Shown piece by piece: positions 8,414 to 17,923 of a DNA stretch of 58,994 nucleotides. The notes beneath the pieces were generated by a model, which did not search any database, was not told where the DNA came from, and worked only from the letters and a program-made list of their open reading frames with translations. How positions within the stretch are numbered: the stretch's first letter is position 1; each line of letters starts with the position of its first letter. The position numbers and the translations under genes were made by a program. Source of the stretch: a virus (Duplodnaviria; Caudoviricetes); the IMG/VR virus record IMGVR_UViG_3300045778_000157, positions 1-58,994 of that record, one strand, 5' to 3'.

Positions 8414-10765
8414 TTATCCCGTCGCGTAGGCTGGAGAAGAGAAGTAGCCTTGCCCGTCCGAGCGGCCCGGGTTCGTCGGGTTCGCGACGTGGTTGCCCAT
8501 CGCCGAGGCGACCTTGCCGACGATGGCGCCCTTGTCGAGGTAGACGTTGCCCTGGAGCACGGCCTGTTTCGCGGGCGGCGGCGACGGAAGGACGACCTTC
8601 ATGCCGGACGCCGCCGCGCCGACAGCCGACTTGAACGCGGACATGAGGCTCTCTGCGGCCCTCGCGCCGACGTCGCCCCACCCCTTCGAGAACCATCCGT
8701 CGGACGCCGCCTTGGCCGCGTCCGCGCCGTCCTTCTTCGCCTGTGGGATGACGATGGCGGCGGCGGCTTTGGCCTTGGCGACGGCGCGGTCCTTCTCCTG
8801 CTGCGCGGCCAGCCTGTCCATTTCGGCCTGGTGCGCGTGCTGGTAGCCGGCGAGCCCCTTCTCGCCGGTCGGCTGCACCGCGCCGACCTTCACAAGGCCG
8901 CTCATGATCCCGTAGAGCGCGCCGGACGCCAGAGCGCCCGCGCCGAGTCCGAGAAGGACTGGAGGCGTCGCCGCGCCGATGGTCGGAAGGACCCCGAGCG
9001 TCGTCGGGGCGACGAGCGGCGCCTTCTTCAGCAGATTGTCGTTCGCGGCGTTGGGCAGGCCCTTGAGCGGGTTGATTCCGCCCGCCTTGAGAAGCGCGGC
9101 GGTGTTGGCGTCGGTCGCCAGCGTGTTGGCGGACGTCGCCGCGACGTTGGGCGCGTCCTTGCCGAACAGCGCGCCGAAGCCCTTGTAGAGCGCGACGAGT
9201 CCCACCCCTCCGACCGCGGTGGCCGCCGCAGTTTCCTTGTTGTCGAGGCCCATGCCCTTCGAGACCGACGCGATGGTCGTCAGGCCGGCGACGAGCCACC
9301 CCGCCGGCCCGAGCATGGCCAGGAGCGCGCTGGAGACGGCGATGGCGCCGAGCGCGACGAGGCCAGCGCCGATCCCGACGATGGTCTTGGCGATCTTCTC
9401 CACCTTCTCCGGGTTCTTGATCGCGTATTGCGACATGTCGCGCAGCGTCTCGGCGAGTGGCTTCAGCACCTTGTCGATCATCGGCTCAACGAGGGTGAGT
9501 CCGACGGAGGCCTGCAAGTCCTCCCACTTCTTTGAAACGCGGTCGCGCCACACCTGGGCGTCCTTCTCGCGCAGCCTGTCGGTGGCGTCTCCGGCTCCGG
9601 CGATGTTCTGCGCGCCGCGGTTCAACATGCGGTTGCCGTTCGGCAACAGGCCTTCGTCGAAGCCCTTCCACTGCGACTTCTGCGCGCCCCACGCGTCGGC
9701 GATGGCCTTCGCCATCTGCTCAGCGTCCTGGATGTTGACGGCGACGTGGTGCGCCTTTCCGTTCTTGCCGACGACGTCTATTCCGTCGCGCGAAAGCTTG
9801 TCGCGGAAGTCGTTCATCCACTTGGTCGGATCGTGCCTGAAAACCTCCGCCTCGAACGCCGACCCGGTCACGAAGTCCCTCTTTGCCTTCCCCGTGTCGG
9901 GATCGATCAGGCGGTTTTCGTGCTTCTGTATCCCCATGCGCTCCATAGCCGCCGCCATGTCCATGTTCGACGTGCGGCCGGCGTAGATGTTCTTGTACAT
10001 CATCGCAAGCGTGTTGCCCGCGCTGGTTCCCATGCCGCCGTTGGCCCACTCCATAAGGTTGCTGGCGACGAAGCTCTGGCCGTTCTTGTCGACGTCCCAA
10101 CCCTGCGCCGCCGCGCCCGCGCCCTTGACCACGGCCAGGAGCCTCATGCCGGAGGCGTTGTCGCCGAGCGCGGAAACGGTCTTGCGATACTTGTCCGCCA
10201 GCATCGCCGACTGCTCGGCGTCGCCGCCCGTAACGAGGTCGAAGGCGCGGGCCGCAGCCGCGATGTTCTTGCGGTCGAGAACCTTGTCGTTCTTGCCCTT
10301 TTCCGGCTTCACGAACGACATGACGTTGGAAAGGTTGTTGAACGCCGGCAGGAGGCGCGCAGACTCCGGCATGTCCTGAAACACCTTGTAGAGGTCTTTC
10401 AGCGTCTCGATGTTGCCCTCGAACGTCGAGTTCATGTTGCGTCCGGCCTCGGAATAGGCGGCGGTCTTGGCGATGGCCATGTCCATCGCCGCCGAGGCCT
10501 TCGGAAGCTGGTTCTCAAGCTGGTTCTGCACGTGGGCCAGCTTCTCGCCGTGCTCCTCGATGTGGCCCATCACCTTCAGCGTCTCGACGCCGAGCGCGAT
10601 CGATGCCGCGCCGCCGATCATGAGGGCCTTGTGGAACGAGGCGAAGCCCTTCTCCACCTCGCCCTGGAGGCGTTTGATGCCGAGGAGGTCGGCCGCGATG
10701 ACGGCGAGGCCTTTGGAGGCCCCGTTCGCCAGCGTGATCTCCATGCCGATTTCATAGACGGACAT
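8414..10765 (-). CDS. Tape measure protein
   Basis: 783 aa, Ala/Gly-rich and helical with hydrophobic segments; downstream of the tail chaperones. Confidence 0.85.
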   Translation of the reverse strand: MSVYEIGMEITLANGASKGLAVIAADLLGIKRLQGEVEKGFASFHKALMIGGAASIALGVETLKVMGHIEEHGEKLAHVQNQLENQLPKASAAMDMAIAKTAAYSEAGRNMNSTFEGNIETLKDLYKVFQDMPESARLLPAFNNLSNVMSFVKPEKGKNDKVLDRKNIAAAARAFDLVTGGDAEQSAMLADKYRKTVSALGDNASGMRLLAVVKGAGAAAQGWDVDKNGQSFVASNLMEWANGGMGTSAGNTLAMMYKNIYAGRTSNMDMAAAMERMGIQKHENRLIDPDTGKAKRDFVTGSAFEAEVFRHDPTKWMNDFRDKLSRDGIDVVGKNGKAHHVAVNIQDAEQMAKAIADAWGAQKSQWKGFDEGLLPNGNRMLNRGAQNIAGAGDATDRLREKDAQVWRDRVSKKWEDLQASVGLTLVEPMIDKVLKPLAETLRDMSQYAIKNPEKVEKIAKTIVGIGAGLVALGAIAVSSALLAMLGPAGWLVAGLTTIASVSKGMGLDNKETAAATAVGGVGLVALYKGFGALFGKDAPNVAATSANTLATDANTAALLKAGGINPLKGLPNAANDNLLKKAPLVAPTTLGVLPTIGAATPPVLLGLGAGALASGALYGIMSGLVKVGAVQPTGEKGLAGYQHAHQAEMDRLAAQQEKDRAVAKAKAAAAIVIPQAKKDGADAAKAASDGWFSKGWGDVGARAAESLMSAFKSAVGAAASGMKVVLPSPPPAKQAVLQGNVYLDKGAIVGKVASAMGNHVANPTNPGRSDGQGYFSSPAYATG

Positions 10766-10771
10766 GCTGCC

Positions 10772-11263
10772 TCACTTGCTGATCGGGATGTGGGTGCCGG
10801 AACCCGTCCACCCGTGGAAGCCGTTGCGCTGATACTTGCTTGAGAGGACGCCGTGGATGTGCCGCCCTGTGACGGCCACCACCTCCTTTTCCTTGTGGAC
10901 GGCGGCGATGCCGAGAACGGAGCGCGCCGGAAGGTTCCGCGACGTCCCGAGTTCGTGATACACCGCAAGCATGTTGTTCGAGCCGACCTCGGCCTTGGTG
11001 GAATCGAAGGTGCGTTCGTAGGAGTCGCGCATTTCGCCCGTCTCCAGCAGCGGGGTGTTGCCGTTGGCCTTGCGGGCGATGGTCTCGTCCTTCAAGTCCT
11101 CCCACGCCTTGAACGGCCCGGCGCCGCCCTGCTGGACCCCGGGCAGCGTCTTCACCTCTTCGAGGACGATGGCGGAGGCCAGATCGAGAGCCTCTTTGTT
11201 CGCAAGAGGCATCTGGACCGCGATAGCCATGAGGTGCGCCGCCATGCCTTCCAAGGTGAACAC
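10772..11263 (-). CDS. Virion morphogenesis / tail completion protein (Mu gpG/HK97 gp10-like)
   Basis: PLLETGEMRDS and AVYHELGTSRNLPARSVLG motifs. Confidence 0.8.
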   Translation of the reverse strand: MFTLEGMAAHLMAIAVQMPLANKEALDLASAIVLEEVKTLPGVQQGGAGPFKAWEDLKDETIARKANGNTPLLETGEMRDSYERTFDSTKAEVGSNNMLAVYHELGTSRNLPARSVLGIAAVHKEKEVVAVTGRHIHGVLSSKYQRNGFHGWTGSGTHIPISK

Positions 11264-11265
11264 CG

Positions 11266-11454
11266 CTAACTCCCCTTCTTCTCCACCCAGTCCATCTTAT
11301 CGAGGTCGAAATCCATGCCGGAGTTCTGTTCGCCGAGGACGATCATGTGGGCCATGAGTTCCCACGTCTCCATGTCCTCGGCCCGCTCGTATGGGACCCC
11401 GTGATCCGCGCAGTAGCACAACATGCGGAACTCGGAGTCCTCGATTAGTTTTTT
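11266..11454 (-). CDS. -1 frameshift extension of the tail assembly chaperone
   Basis: Slippery A AAA AAC at 11448-11454; the -1 frame reads LIEDSEFRMLCYCADHGVPYERAEDM...DKMDWVEKKGS* to 11266. Confidence 0.75.
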   Translation of the reverse strand, partial: KKLIEDSEFRMLCYCADHGVPYERAEDMETWELMAHMIVLGEQNSGMDFDLDKMDWVEKKGS

Positions 11455-11771
11455 GTGGCTTCCTTCTCGTCCTCGCCGACCGAGGAAAAGGCCGCGTCGT
11501 AGGCCTCGGAAATGGTGCCGATGGTGTCGTTGTCGTCGTCGAACTGTTCGACGAGAGCCTCAAGCTGCGTCACGTTCTGCGGGAACGCCTGGGGGGTTCC
11601 GTCGATGGCCTTGACGGCCACCACCATCGTGGCGATGCCCGAATAGGCGAAGTTGCGGACGTTGTCCGCGCCCAACAGGCGCAGGAGGGCCATGCGCTTG
11701 GCGCCGCGAATCTTCGCCAGCGTCAGGGTGCGCCCGTCCTTCAGTTCAACCGTGGTTTCCTTGCCAGCCAT
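11445..11771 (-). CDS. Tail assembly chaperone (short form)
   Basis: Start inferred at MAGKETT; lies between tube and tape measure; ends ACA AAA AAC TAA. Confidence 0.8.
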   Translation of the reverse strand: MAGKETTVELKDGRTLTLAKIRGAKRMALLRLLGADNVRNFAYSGIATMVVAVKAIDGTPQAFPQNVTQLEALVEQFDDDNDTIGTISEAYDAAFSSVGEDEKEATKN

Positions 11772-11854
11772 GTCCAAATCCCTCCTGCGAAAAAGGGGCG
11801 GGATGAACCGCCCCCTCCAATCCGAATAGCCCCACTCCGCGCCCTTTGGAAAGG

Positions 11855-12304
11855 TCAGATGAGGCGGACCCTGCGCGAGGCCTTGCCGGACACCTTGAAG
11901 GTCACCAAGGACGTCGCCTTGATGTTGCCGAGGTCGCTCGGCTTCAGGGCCACGCCGCGGAACTGGTAGACGGAGATCGAGCCGTCCGATTCGCGGATGG
12001 TCTCGTTCACCGTCACGTTCTTGATGGTGCCGCCGCCGTAATAGGCCGCGTCGTTGGCGGCGACCCACCGCTCGAAGAACGGGCTGTCGCGATCCATCGT
12101 CCACGACAGTTCGTAGCCCTTGGGGACCACGCCGTAGCGGATATCGCCGTCGATGCCGTTCGATTCGAGGTCGGCGGTGAGGGCCTTCGCGTCGAAGTCG
12201 GTGATGTTGCCGAAGCGCAGCACGTCGCCCGTCGAATCGACGAGGTCAATCGAGTAGTCCTTGCCGAGGGTAAAGACGCCATACCCCGTGTCGATTCCAG
12301 CCAT
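11855..12304 (-). CDS. Tail tube protein
   Basis: 149 aa, beta-rich, immediately after the sheath gene. Confidence 0.8.
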   Translation of the reverse strand: MAGIDTGYGVFTLGKDYSIDLVDSTGDVLRFGNITDFDAKALTADLESNGIDGDIRYGVVPKGYELSWTMDRDSPFFERWVAANDAAYYGGGTIKNVTVNETIRESDGSISVYQFRGVALKPSDLGNIKATSLVTFKVSGKASRRVRLI

Positions 12305-12330
12305 GTTCCCGTTCCTTCTCTTGTCCTGTC

Positions 12331-12355
12331 AAAGGCGGGCGGTTTCCCGCCCGCC
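12331..12355 (-). terminator. Stem-loop / weak intrinsic terminator between sheath and tube
   Basis: ggcgggcgg-tttc-ccgcccgcc 9-bp stem followed by only TTT on the minus strand. Confidence 0.4.
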
Positions 12356-12360
12356 CGTGG

Positions 12361-13926
12361 TTACGCCGCGAGGCTGAAAGTCTGCGAGGGATCGACCACC
12401 GCGACCGTCTGTCCCGCCTCAAGCGACAGGATGAAGAAGCGCGTGACGGACAGGTAGGTGACCTGGGCGTAGGCGTTCTCGTAGCCGAGCGCGGTGAGGG
12501 CCGGGTTGTTGTTGCCGTCGTCGAGTTCGGTGGCGAAGGGCAGCGAGCCGTCCGCCGTGCCGATCATGCCCGCCGTCTCCAGCGCGGCGAAGAACGCGTC
12601 GAGGGTGGCCTTGGCCTTCCTGCGCTGCCCCGACGATTGCAGGGTGCCGACATACTTGCCGAGCCCGCCGTTGAGCGTCGAACAGATGAACGACGTCATC
12701 CGCGTCCAGTTGTCGCCGTTCACCGCCGCGTTGGACGAGGCGTTGAGGCCAGTCGCGCCGCCGAAGTGGTTCCCGCCGGGGCAGGGGTAAATGATCGCGT
12801 CGAGGCCGTTGGTGTTGAGAATCGTGAGGTCGGCGTTCGAGTAGGCGAGGCCGGAGTTGCTAGTCTGCGTGGCGACGACGGCGCCGAACTGCTTGTTGAG
12901 CGAGGATTCCTGCGGCGCGAGGATGCCGAACTGCCCGAGGAAGTGGGCGGCGGGCGAGACGAGGCGCATCGGTACCTGGTTGTAGGTGTCGTTCCAGTAG
13001 GCCCAGTCGCCGAGGACGACCTTCAGCCACGGGGTGTCGATGCCCGCCGTGTTCTTCGCGGCGACGGCGGCGGTGATGGACTGTCCCGCGGGGCCGACCA
13101 CGATGCCGTAGGAGGCCTCTGACAGGGCGTAGGAGGCCTGTGAGGCCCAGGTGGTGGTGCCGGTGACGTCGGCGAGGGTGAAGGCGGTGCAGCCCTTCCC
13201 GCGCAGGGTGTAGAGGCCGGTGCGCGGCGAACCGTCCGTGCCGAGCAACACGCCCTCGATCTGGGCCTGGGTGAGGCCGGAGAAGGCGGCGCCGTCCGTG
13301 CCGCCCGTGAAGGCGAGGGAGGCGGAGGCGGGAACGGCGTCGGTGCCGTTCCCGGCGATGTTGTCGAACACCTCCTGCTGGGAGCCGAGGGTGACGACGA
13401 CGCGCACCGTGTTCGGCTTGGTTCCGGCGACGACGGCGAAGCCGAGCGCGTTGCCGAGCGAACCGGTGTATTTCGCGGCGACGATGAGGCTGCCGGAATC
13501 GACCGACGCCACGACGAGGTTCGAGGACGAGCGGATCTGCGAAATGCCGTTGTTCACCGCGTTGGCGACGGCGTTGGCGAAGGAGGCGGCGATGGAGGCC
13601 GCGACGAGGGTCGCCGTGGCGGCGGTGTCGGTGCCGTCGGAGACGCGGACGCCGTAGGCCACCGAGCCGCCCTGCTGGAGCGCGACGACGAGGTGGGTCG
13701 ACAGGTCGTATTGGCGCAGCGCGGGCTTGCCGAACATGAGGCCGATGTTGCCCGGGTTGCCGACCGGCATCGGCGAGTTCACCGGACCCCACGAGGCCAC
13801 GCCGACCGCGCCGACGATGTTCGACGGGACGCCGTTCAACAGAAGCTGCTGCGGGATGAGGACGATGTAGAGGCCCGGGACGGACAGGGCGGTGGTGTTC
13901 AACAGCCCCTGCATGAAAAGGTTCAT
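12361..13926 (-). CDS. Contractile tail sheath protein
   Basis: 521 aa; VPGLYI, VGVASWGPVNSP, FTGGTDG, ELDDGNN motifs. Confidence 0.9.
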   Translation of the reverse strand: MNLFMQGLLNTTALSVPGLYIVLIPQQLLLNGVPSNIVGAVGVASWGPVNSPMPVGNPGNIGLMFGKPALRQYDLSTHLVVALQQGGSVAYGVRVSDGTDTAATATLVAASIAASFANAVANAVNNGISQIRSSSNLVVASVDSGSLIVAAKYTGSLGNALGFAVVAGTKPNTVRVVVTLGSQQEVFDNIAGNGTDAVPASASLAFTGGTDGAAFSGLTQAQIEGVLLGTDGSPRTGLYTLRGKGCTAFTLADVTGTTTWASQASYALSEASYGIVVGPAGQSITAAVAAKNTAGIDTPWLKVVLGDWAYWNDTYNQVPMRLVSPAAHFLGQFGILAPQESSLNKQFGAVVATQTSNSGLAYSNADLTILNTNGLDAIIYPCPGGNHFGGATGLNASSNAAVNGDNWTRMTSFICSTLNGGLGKYVGTLQSSGQRRKAKATLDAFFAALETAGMIGTADGSLPFATELDDGNNNPALTALGYENAYAQVTYLSVTRFFILSLEAGQTVAVVDPSQTFSLAA

Positions 13927-13938
13927 CGCGCTAGTTCC

Positions 13939-14124
13939 TTACTTGGTGGCCGCAGGAGCGGCGGGGGTGACGGGAGCGGGAGTCGGCGCGGGCCTGTCCT
14001 TGACCGGAACCACGAACCGCCTGTGGCTGGCGAGGACCGAGGCCTCGTCGGCGGCGGCGACCTGTTGGCCGCGCCTGTAGTTGCCGAAGGGGTTTACAAC
14101 GATGAGAGCCATTTTCGTCCTCAT
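13939..14124 (-). CDS. Small hypothetical protein preceding the sheath
   Basis: 61-aa ORF coupled to the upstream stop; LIVVNPFGNYRRGQQV. Confidence 0.55.
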   Translation of the reverse strand: MRTKMALIVVNPFGNYRRGQQVAAADEASVLASHRRFVVPVKDRPAPTPAPVTPAAPAATK

Positions 14125-14918
14125 GAACCGGGCGTCTGATTCTGAAAGTTGACAATGCCCACGCCAGGGACCGTTTGCAACACAACGTCGGGATACTCGA
14201 CCCAATAGCGGAAGTCGCGGCGATAGATGCCGTCCTTCTGTTCGAGGTCCACGTTCATGGAGCGCGAGTAGCGGATTTTTCCCGCCGTGCCGTCCGCCAG
14301 CCGCAGGAACGTCGCGGCGCGCAGGGGCGTCCCGATGGCCTTGGCGACGGCCACGCGCAGCGGGTCGCTCGGCGCCCACACCGTCACGATGAACTCGCGC
14401 TCGGTGCGCCCGACTTCCTCCGCCGTCACGCCGATGGTGGACACCGCCAGCCGCCCGTCCGCGAGGTGCTGCAACAGGAACGAGTCGGCCGATGCCACCG
14501 CGCCTTGGATCTGCGCCGCAAGCCTCCCCACGAGGGTGGCGAGGGTGTCGCCCGAGTCCGCGATCACGGCGTAGACCACGCCGCGCAGCGAATAGCCTAT
14601 CGCCTGTCCCGACGACAGGACGCCCGACAGCGTGGCGGTGTCGCCGCTCACCGTCCACGCCAGCGTCGAGGTCGGCGCGACCATCACCTCTTCGTCGCGC
14701 CCGTAGATCGTCATGTCGCGCTCGACCCCCTCGGCGTTGAACACCGAGACGTTCACCGCGCCGCGCTTCAAGTCCTTGTCGAGTTCCGCCGCGATGGGCC
14801 ACCCGCGATAGACCTTGGCGGGCGCGGCGACGGCGGACGGCTGCGACGGGCCGTCGGGGTAGAGCAACAGGGCCACGGCGTCCACCAGGGCCATTTCGAC
14901 GTCGTAGATATCCGCCAT
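14121..14918 (-). CDS. Neck/tail terminator-like protein
   Basis: 265 aa; KVYRGWP motif; synteny between head closure and sheath. Confidence 0.6.
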   Translation of the reverse strand: MADIYDVEMALVDAVALLLYPDGPSQPSAVAAPAKVYRGWPIAAELDKDLKRGAVNVSVFNAEGVERDMTIYGRDEEVMVAPTSTLAWTVSGDTATLSGVLSSGQAIGYSLRGVVYAVIADSGDTLATLVGRLAAQIQGAVASADSFLLQHLADGRLAVSTIGVTAEEVGRTEREFIVTVWAPSDPLRVAVAKAIGTPLRAATFLRLADGTAGKIRYSRSMNVDLEQKDGIYRRDFRYWVEYPDVVLQTVPGVGIVNFQNQTPGS

Positions 14919-15020
14919 GTCACTCGCCTCCCCAGTCGCCGTCGCCCCACGGCTTTAGGCCGACCTTCCTGTTCGCCAGCGTGTGGGTGCTGTCGCTGAG
15001 GACGCGCAGGACGCCTTTTC

Positions 15021-15377
15021 TCATGCCGTGAGCCTCTCGCAGCGCAGCTTCCACCCGAGGAAGTTCGGGTATTCGTTGAGGACGGAGAACACGCGGCCAA
15101 GGTCGTCGGTGAGCCTGTCGCCGCGCTGGAGACCTCCGGCGGGAATCCTCCCCTTCGGGATGAGGATCTTCCACTCGCCCTTGCGCTCGTCTGTGGGGAG
15201 GTTCTCGCGGTTGCCCATGGACCCCTGCCCCGATTCCTGGATCGAGGCGGGGACGGCGCGGAACAGCGTGGCGTCGGTGGTCTTGGACTGCCCGCGATAG
15301 GCCTCCACGCGCCCGACCGCGTTGCCCGACACGGTGCGGACGACGTCGATGCGCCTGTCGTAGGGGCCGATGCTCAT
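15021..15377 (-). CDS. Head closure/stopper-like protein
   Basis: Start inferred at MSIGPYDRRIDV; GDRLTDDLGRVF; synteny. Confidence 0.6.
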   Translation of the reverse strand: MSIGPYDRRIDVVRTVSGNAVGRVEAYRGQSKTTDATLFRAVPASIQESGQGSMGNRENLPTDERKGEWKILIPKGRIPAGGLQRGDRLTDDLGRVFSVLNEYPNFLGWKLRCERLTA

Positions 15378-16354
15378 TTCCACGTCCTCACGCGATAGGG
15401 GTCGAGGATGCTCTTCGCGTCGGGGACGAGGTAGGGGGAATCCGCCCCCGCCCTGCGCGGCCCAGCGCCGCCGCCGCCCGAGCGCGCCGTGGAGCGGCGG
15501 AACTCCTGATCGCCGGCCTTGACGGAGGCCAGCGCGCCGCCAACGAACGTGTCGCCGAGTTTGTGGACCGCCGTCGCCACCATCGCCGTGGCGATCTTTA
15601 TGTTCTCGGGCAGCGTTCCCGAGGCCCATCCGGCGAGGTAGCGCACCCGCACCTCCGTGAAGTAGGCCAGCATGATTCCGGCCGGAACCCACACGCTGCC
15701 CGTGGTGACGCTCACCGACGCGCTTGCGACGTTCACGTATTCCCACAGCGCGGGGGAGCCGAAGGCCGAGAGCGTCGAGAGCATGTTCATTTCGTTGAAC
15801 ATGCCGTATTGCTGATCGCTGCGCCGCCCGTAGCCGTAGCGGCCCGCCAGCGACATGAGGCGGGCGAAGTTCGGGCGCATCACCTGGGTGACGCTGCGCC
15901 GATCCGGCATGTTGGATTCCTCTAGGATGCACAGGCCGAAGTCGAGGGTGCAGTTGGCCGCGTGTTCCGCCGAGACGCCCGAGAGGACGACGTAGGCCGC
16001 GACGCCGTTCTGCGCGTCCTGAGACGAGCACACCACCGCCGTTTCGCACGTCTCGGGGTCGCCCCTGTCGAGGACGACCACCTCGCCGATCATGTCCGTG
16101 CCGAGGACGGCGTTTCCGAGCGGCACCACGACGTTAACGCCGGGGGAAATTCCCGCCGCCGCCTTCAGGGTGCGCGACGGAACGAGCTTCGTCATCCACG
16201 CGGGGTTGCCGTCCTTGTCCACCTCGTAGGTCAGCCCCTCGGGGCGGCGGAGGTAGGAATCGACGATGGACGAGGCCTGATTGATCTCGGACTGGGTGAT
16301 GCCGTCCGGCAACCCGAAGGCCTCAATGTCCTCAACGGGGTCGAGATAGCCCAT
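15374..16354 (-). CDS. Head-tail connector/adaptor
   Basis: Start inferred at MGYLDP; ASSIVDSYLRR and VRYLAGW...PENIKIA...ILDPYR are typical of gp6-like adaptors, here with an internal insertion. Confidence 0.7.
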   Translation of the reverse strand: MGYLDPVEDIEAFGLPDGITQSEINQASSIVDSYLRRPEGLTYEVDKDGNPAWMTKLVPSRTLKAAAGISPGVNVVVPLGNAVLGTDMIGEVVVLDRGDPETCETAVVCSSQDAQNGVAAYVVLSGVSAEHAANCTLDFGLCILEESNMPDRRSVTQVMRPNFARLMSLAGRYGYGRRSDQQYGMFNEMNMLSTLSAFGSPALWEYVNVASASVSVTTGSVWVPAGIMLAYFTEVRVRYLAGWASGTLPENIKIATAMVATAVHKLGDTFVGGALASVKAGDQEFRRSTARSGGGGAGPRRAGADSPYLVPDAKSILDPYRVRTWK

Positions 16355-16356
16355 TT

Positions 16357-16602
16357 TCAGCCCTTCAGTTTGAAGCCCGCGGGAAGGATGATGCTTGAGT
16401 TCCTTCCGAGGTTGTTGGCAACCATATACCGCCCGACGGCGTCCGGCACGTGGGCCACGCCATACTCGAAGTCGATGTGGAAGTTCTTCGGCTTGCCGTC
16501 CGCGCCGAACCAGTCGGCGGGGTCTGCGGCCCTGTCCCGCCCCGGCGCGATGCTCACCGACGACATGGGACGGCCCATGTCGCATTGCCTGAAAATCCGC
16601 AT
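16357..16602 (-). CDS. Small hypothetical head-region protein
   Basis: 81-aa ORF between capsid and adaptor. Confidence 0.55.
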   Translation of the reverse strand: MRIFRQCDMGRPMSSVSIAPGRDRAADPADWFGADGKPKNFHIDFEYGVAHVPDAVGRYMVANNLGRNSSIILPAGFKLKG

Positions 16603-16640
16603 CGCCCACTCCGTTTCGAAGAACCGCCTACACGTTCCTT

Positions 16641-16690
16641 AAAACGGAAACGGCGCCGCAGCCAAGGGCCACGGCGCCGTCCTTTTCCGT
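16641..16690 (-). terminator. Intrinsic terminator after the major capsid gene
   Basis: acggcgccg...cggcgccgt stem with a T-rich tail on the minus strand. Confidence 0.55.
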
Positions 16691-16708
16691 CACCCTCGCG
16701 GGAGGGGA

Positions 16709-17839
16709 TCAGGTGGCGGAGAACACGACCACCAGCGCGTGGCCGTAGGGCGCGCCCTTGACGACGGCCGAGCCGTAGAAAATGCCCACGAACTGCCCCT
16801 GCAACCCGGCGACGAGGCCAAGCTGGAAGATGCGCGGATTCTCGTCGCCGTTCGGGTTGACGTAGGGCAGTTCGATCAGCGACTCGCTCATGATGGCGCC
16901 GATGTGGACGAAGTTCGTCCCGACCGGAACGGCGACGCCCGGAACCAGAGCCTCGAACTGCGCGACGGTGTAGCCGCCGAAGCCGAAGGACGGGATGAAC
17001 GGATCGGAGACGATGGGCAGGACGCCCGCGACCGTCTGGAGCCCGTCAACCTGGACACCCGCGACGAAGGTGGTCTTGTTGAAGTGGTAGGCCGCGGCCT
17101 TGGCTTCCTGATCGATGAGGTCGGCCAGGAGGGTCGCGCAGAAGAAGATCGAGGGCTTCGACTTGAACTGCACGTTGGCGTGGATCTTGGCGACGGCGGT
17201 CTTCACGCCGTCGATGATGGAGGCGCCGCCGAGCTTGTTGATGGTGACGACGTTGCCGGACGCGGGCGAGGTGTTGCCCGTGACAAGCTGCTGGATGACG
17301 CCGACCCATTCGATCGTGGTCGGGGCGGCGAGGGAGGTGTCGCTGCCGAGCCAGAACATTTCGGCGTTCTTGACCGTGATGGCGGAGGCGATATCGGTGA
17401 TATCCTGCGCTTCCACCTTGGAGAAGTCGCCCTGCTGCGCCGTCACTTCGACGTCGAAGTGGGAGAAGTTGGACTGCGACGTGGTGGCCTTGATCATCGC
17501 GGCCCGTTCGACGCGGACGGGGCCGCTCGGGGTCGTGGTGATGTTGCGCGGATCGGTCGCGGTGGCCGTCGCGATGGCGATCTGTTCGAAGTAGCGGTGC
17601 GGGTGGCCCGTCGCCTTCTTATAGGCGCGCTGCTCCCTCAGGCGGGCGAGGGTCGGCGAGTCGCGGCGGACGACGTCGAGGATCTCGGCCTCGTACTTGT
17701 TGATTTCGATGGCGCCGTTGCCGAGGTAGTCGGCGGCGGCGGTGAGCTTGCCGTTGGCGCCGATGACGGCCTTGCCGGCGAACAGCTTGGAGACCTCGGA
17801 CGGGTCGTTGGGGTTGAATGCGCGGGCGTCGGTGGCCAT
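16709..17839 (-). CDS. Major capsid protein (HK97 fold inferred)
   Basis: Start inferred at MATDARAF; 376 aa; follows protease/scaffold and precedes a terminator; VDGLQTVAGVLPIVSDPFIP. Confidence 0.8.
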   Translation of the reverse strand: MATDARAFNPNDPSEVSKLFAGKAVIGANGKLTAAADYLGNGAIEINKYEAEILDVVRRDSPTLARLREQRAYKKATGHPHRYFEQIAIATATATDPRNITTTPSGPVRVERAAMIKATTSQSNFSHFDVEVTAQQGDFSKVEAQDITDIASAITVKNAEMFWLGSDTSLAAPTTIEWVGVIQQLVTGNTSPASGNVVTINKLGGASIIDGVKTAVAKIHANVQFKSKPSIFFCATLLADLIDQEAKAAAYHFNKTTFVAGVQVDGLQTVAGVLPIVSDPFIPSFGFGGYTVAQFEALVPGVAVPVGTNFVHIGAIMSESLIELPYVNPNGDENPRIFQLGLVAGLQGQFVGIFYGSAVVKGAPYGHALVVVFSAT

Positions 17840-17923
17840 TGGTGTAAGTCCTCTTTCTCGCCCTACGGGCTTCCTGGGTTTCCCTCTCCGCCGCAAGGAC
17901 GACGGAGAGAATTCTTCGAACGA

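Noticed and set aside
16660-16666. Additional GCCAAG-loop hairpin
   Set aside because: It lies on the non-transcribed strand of the capsid terminator; the similar ggtt-cccaag-aacc at 44703-44716 is upstream of the -35 and was also not counted
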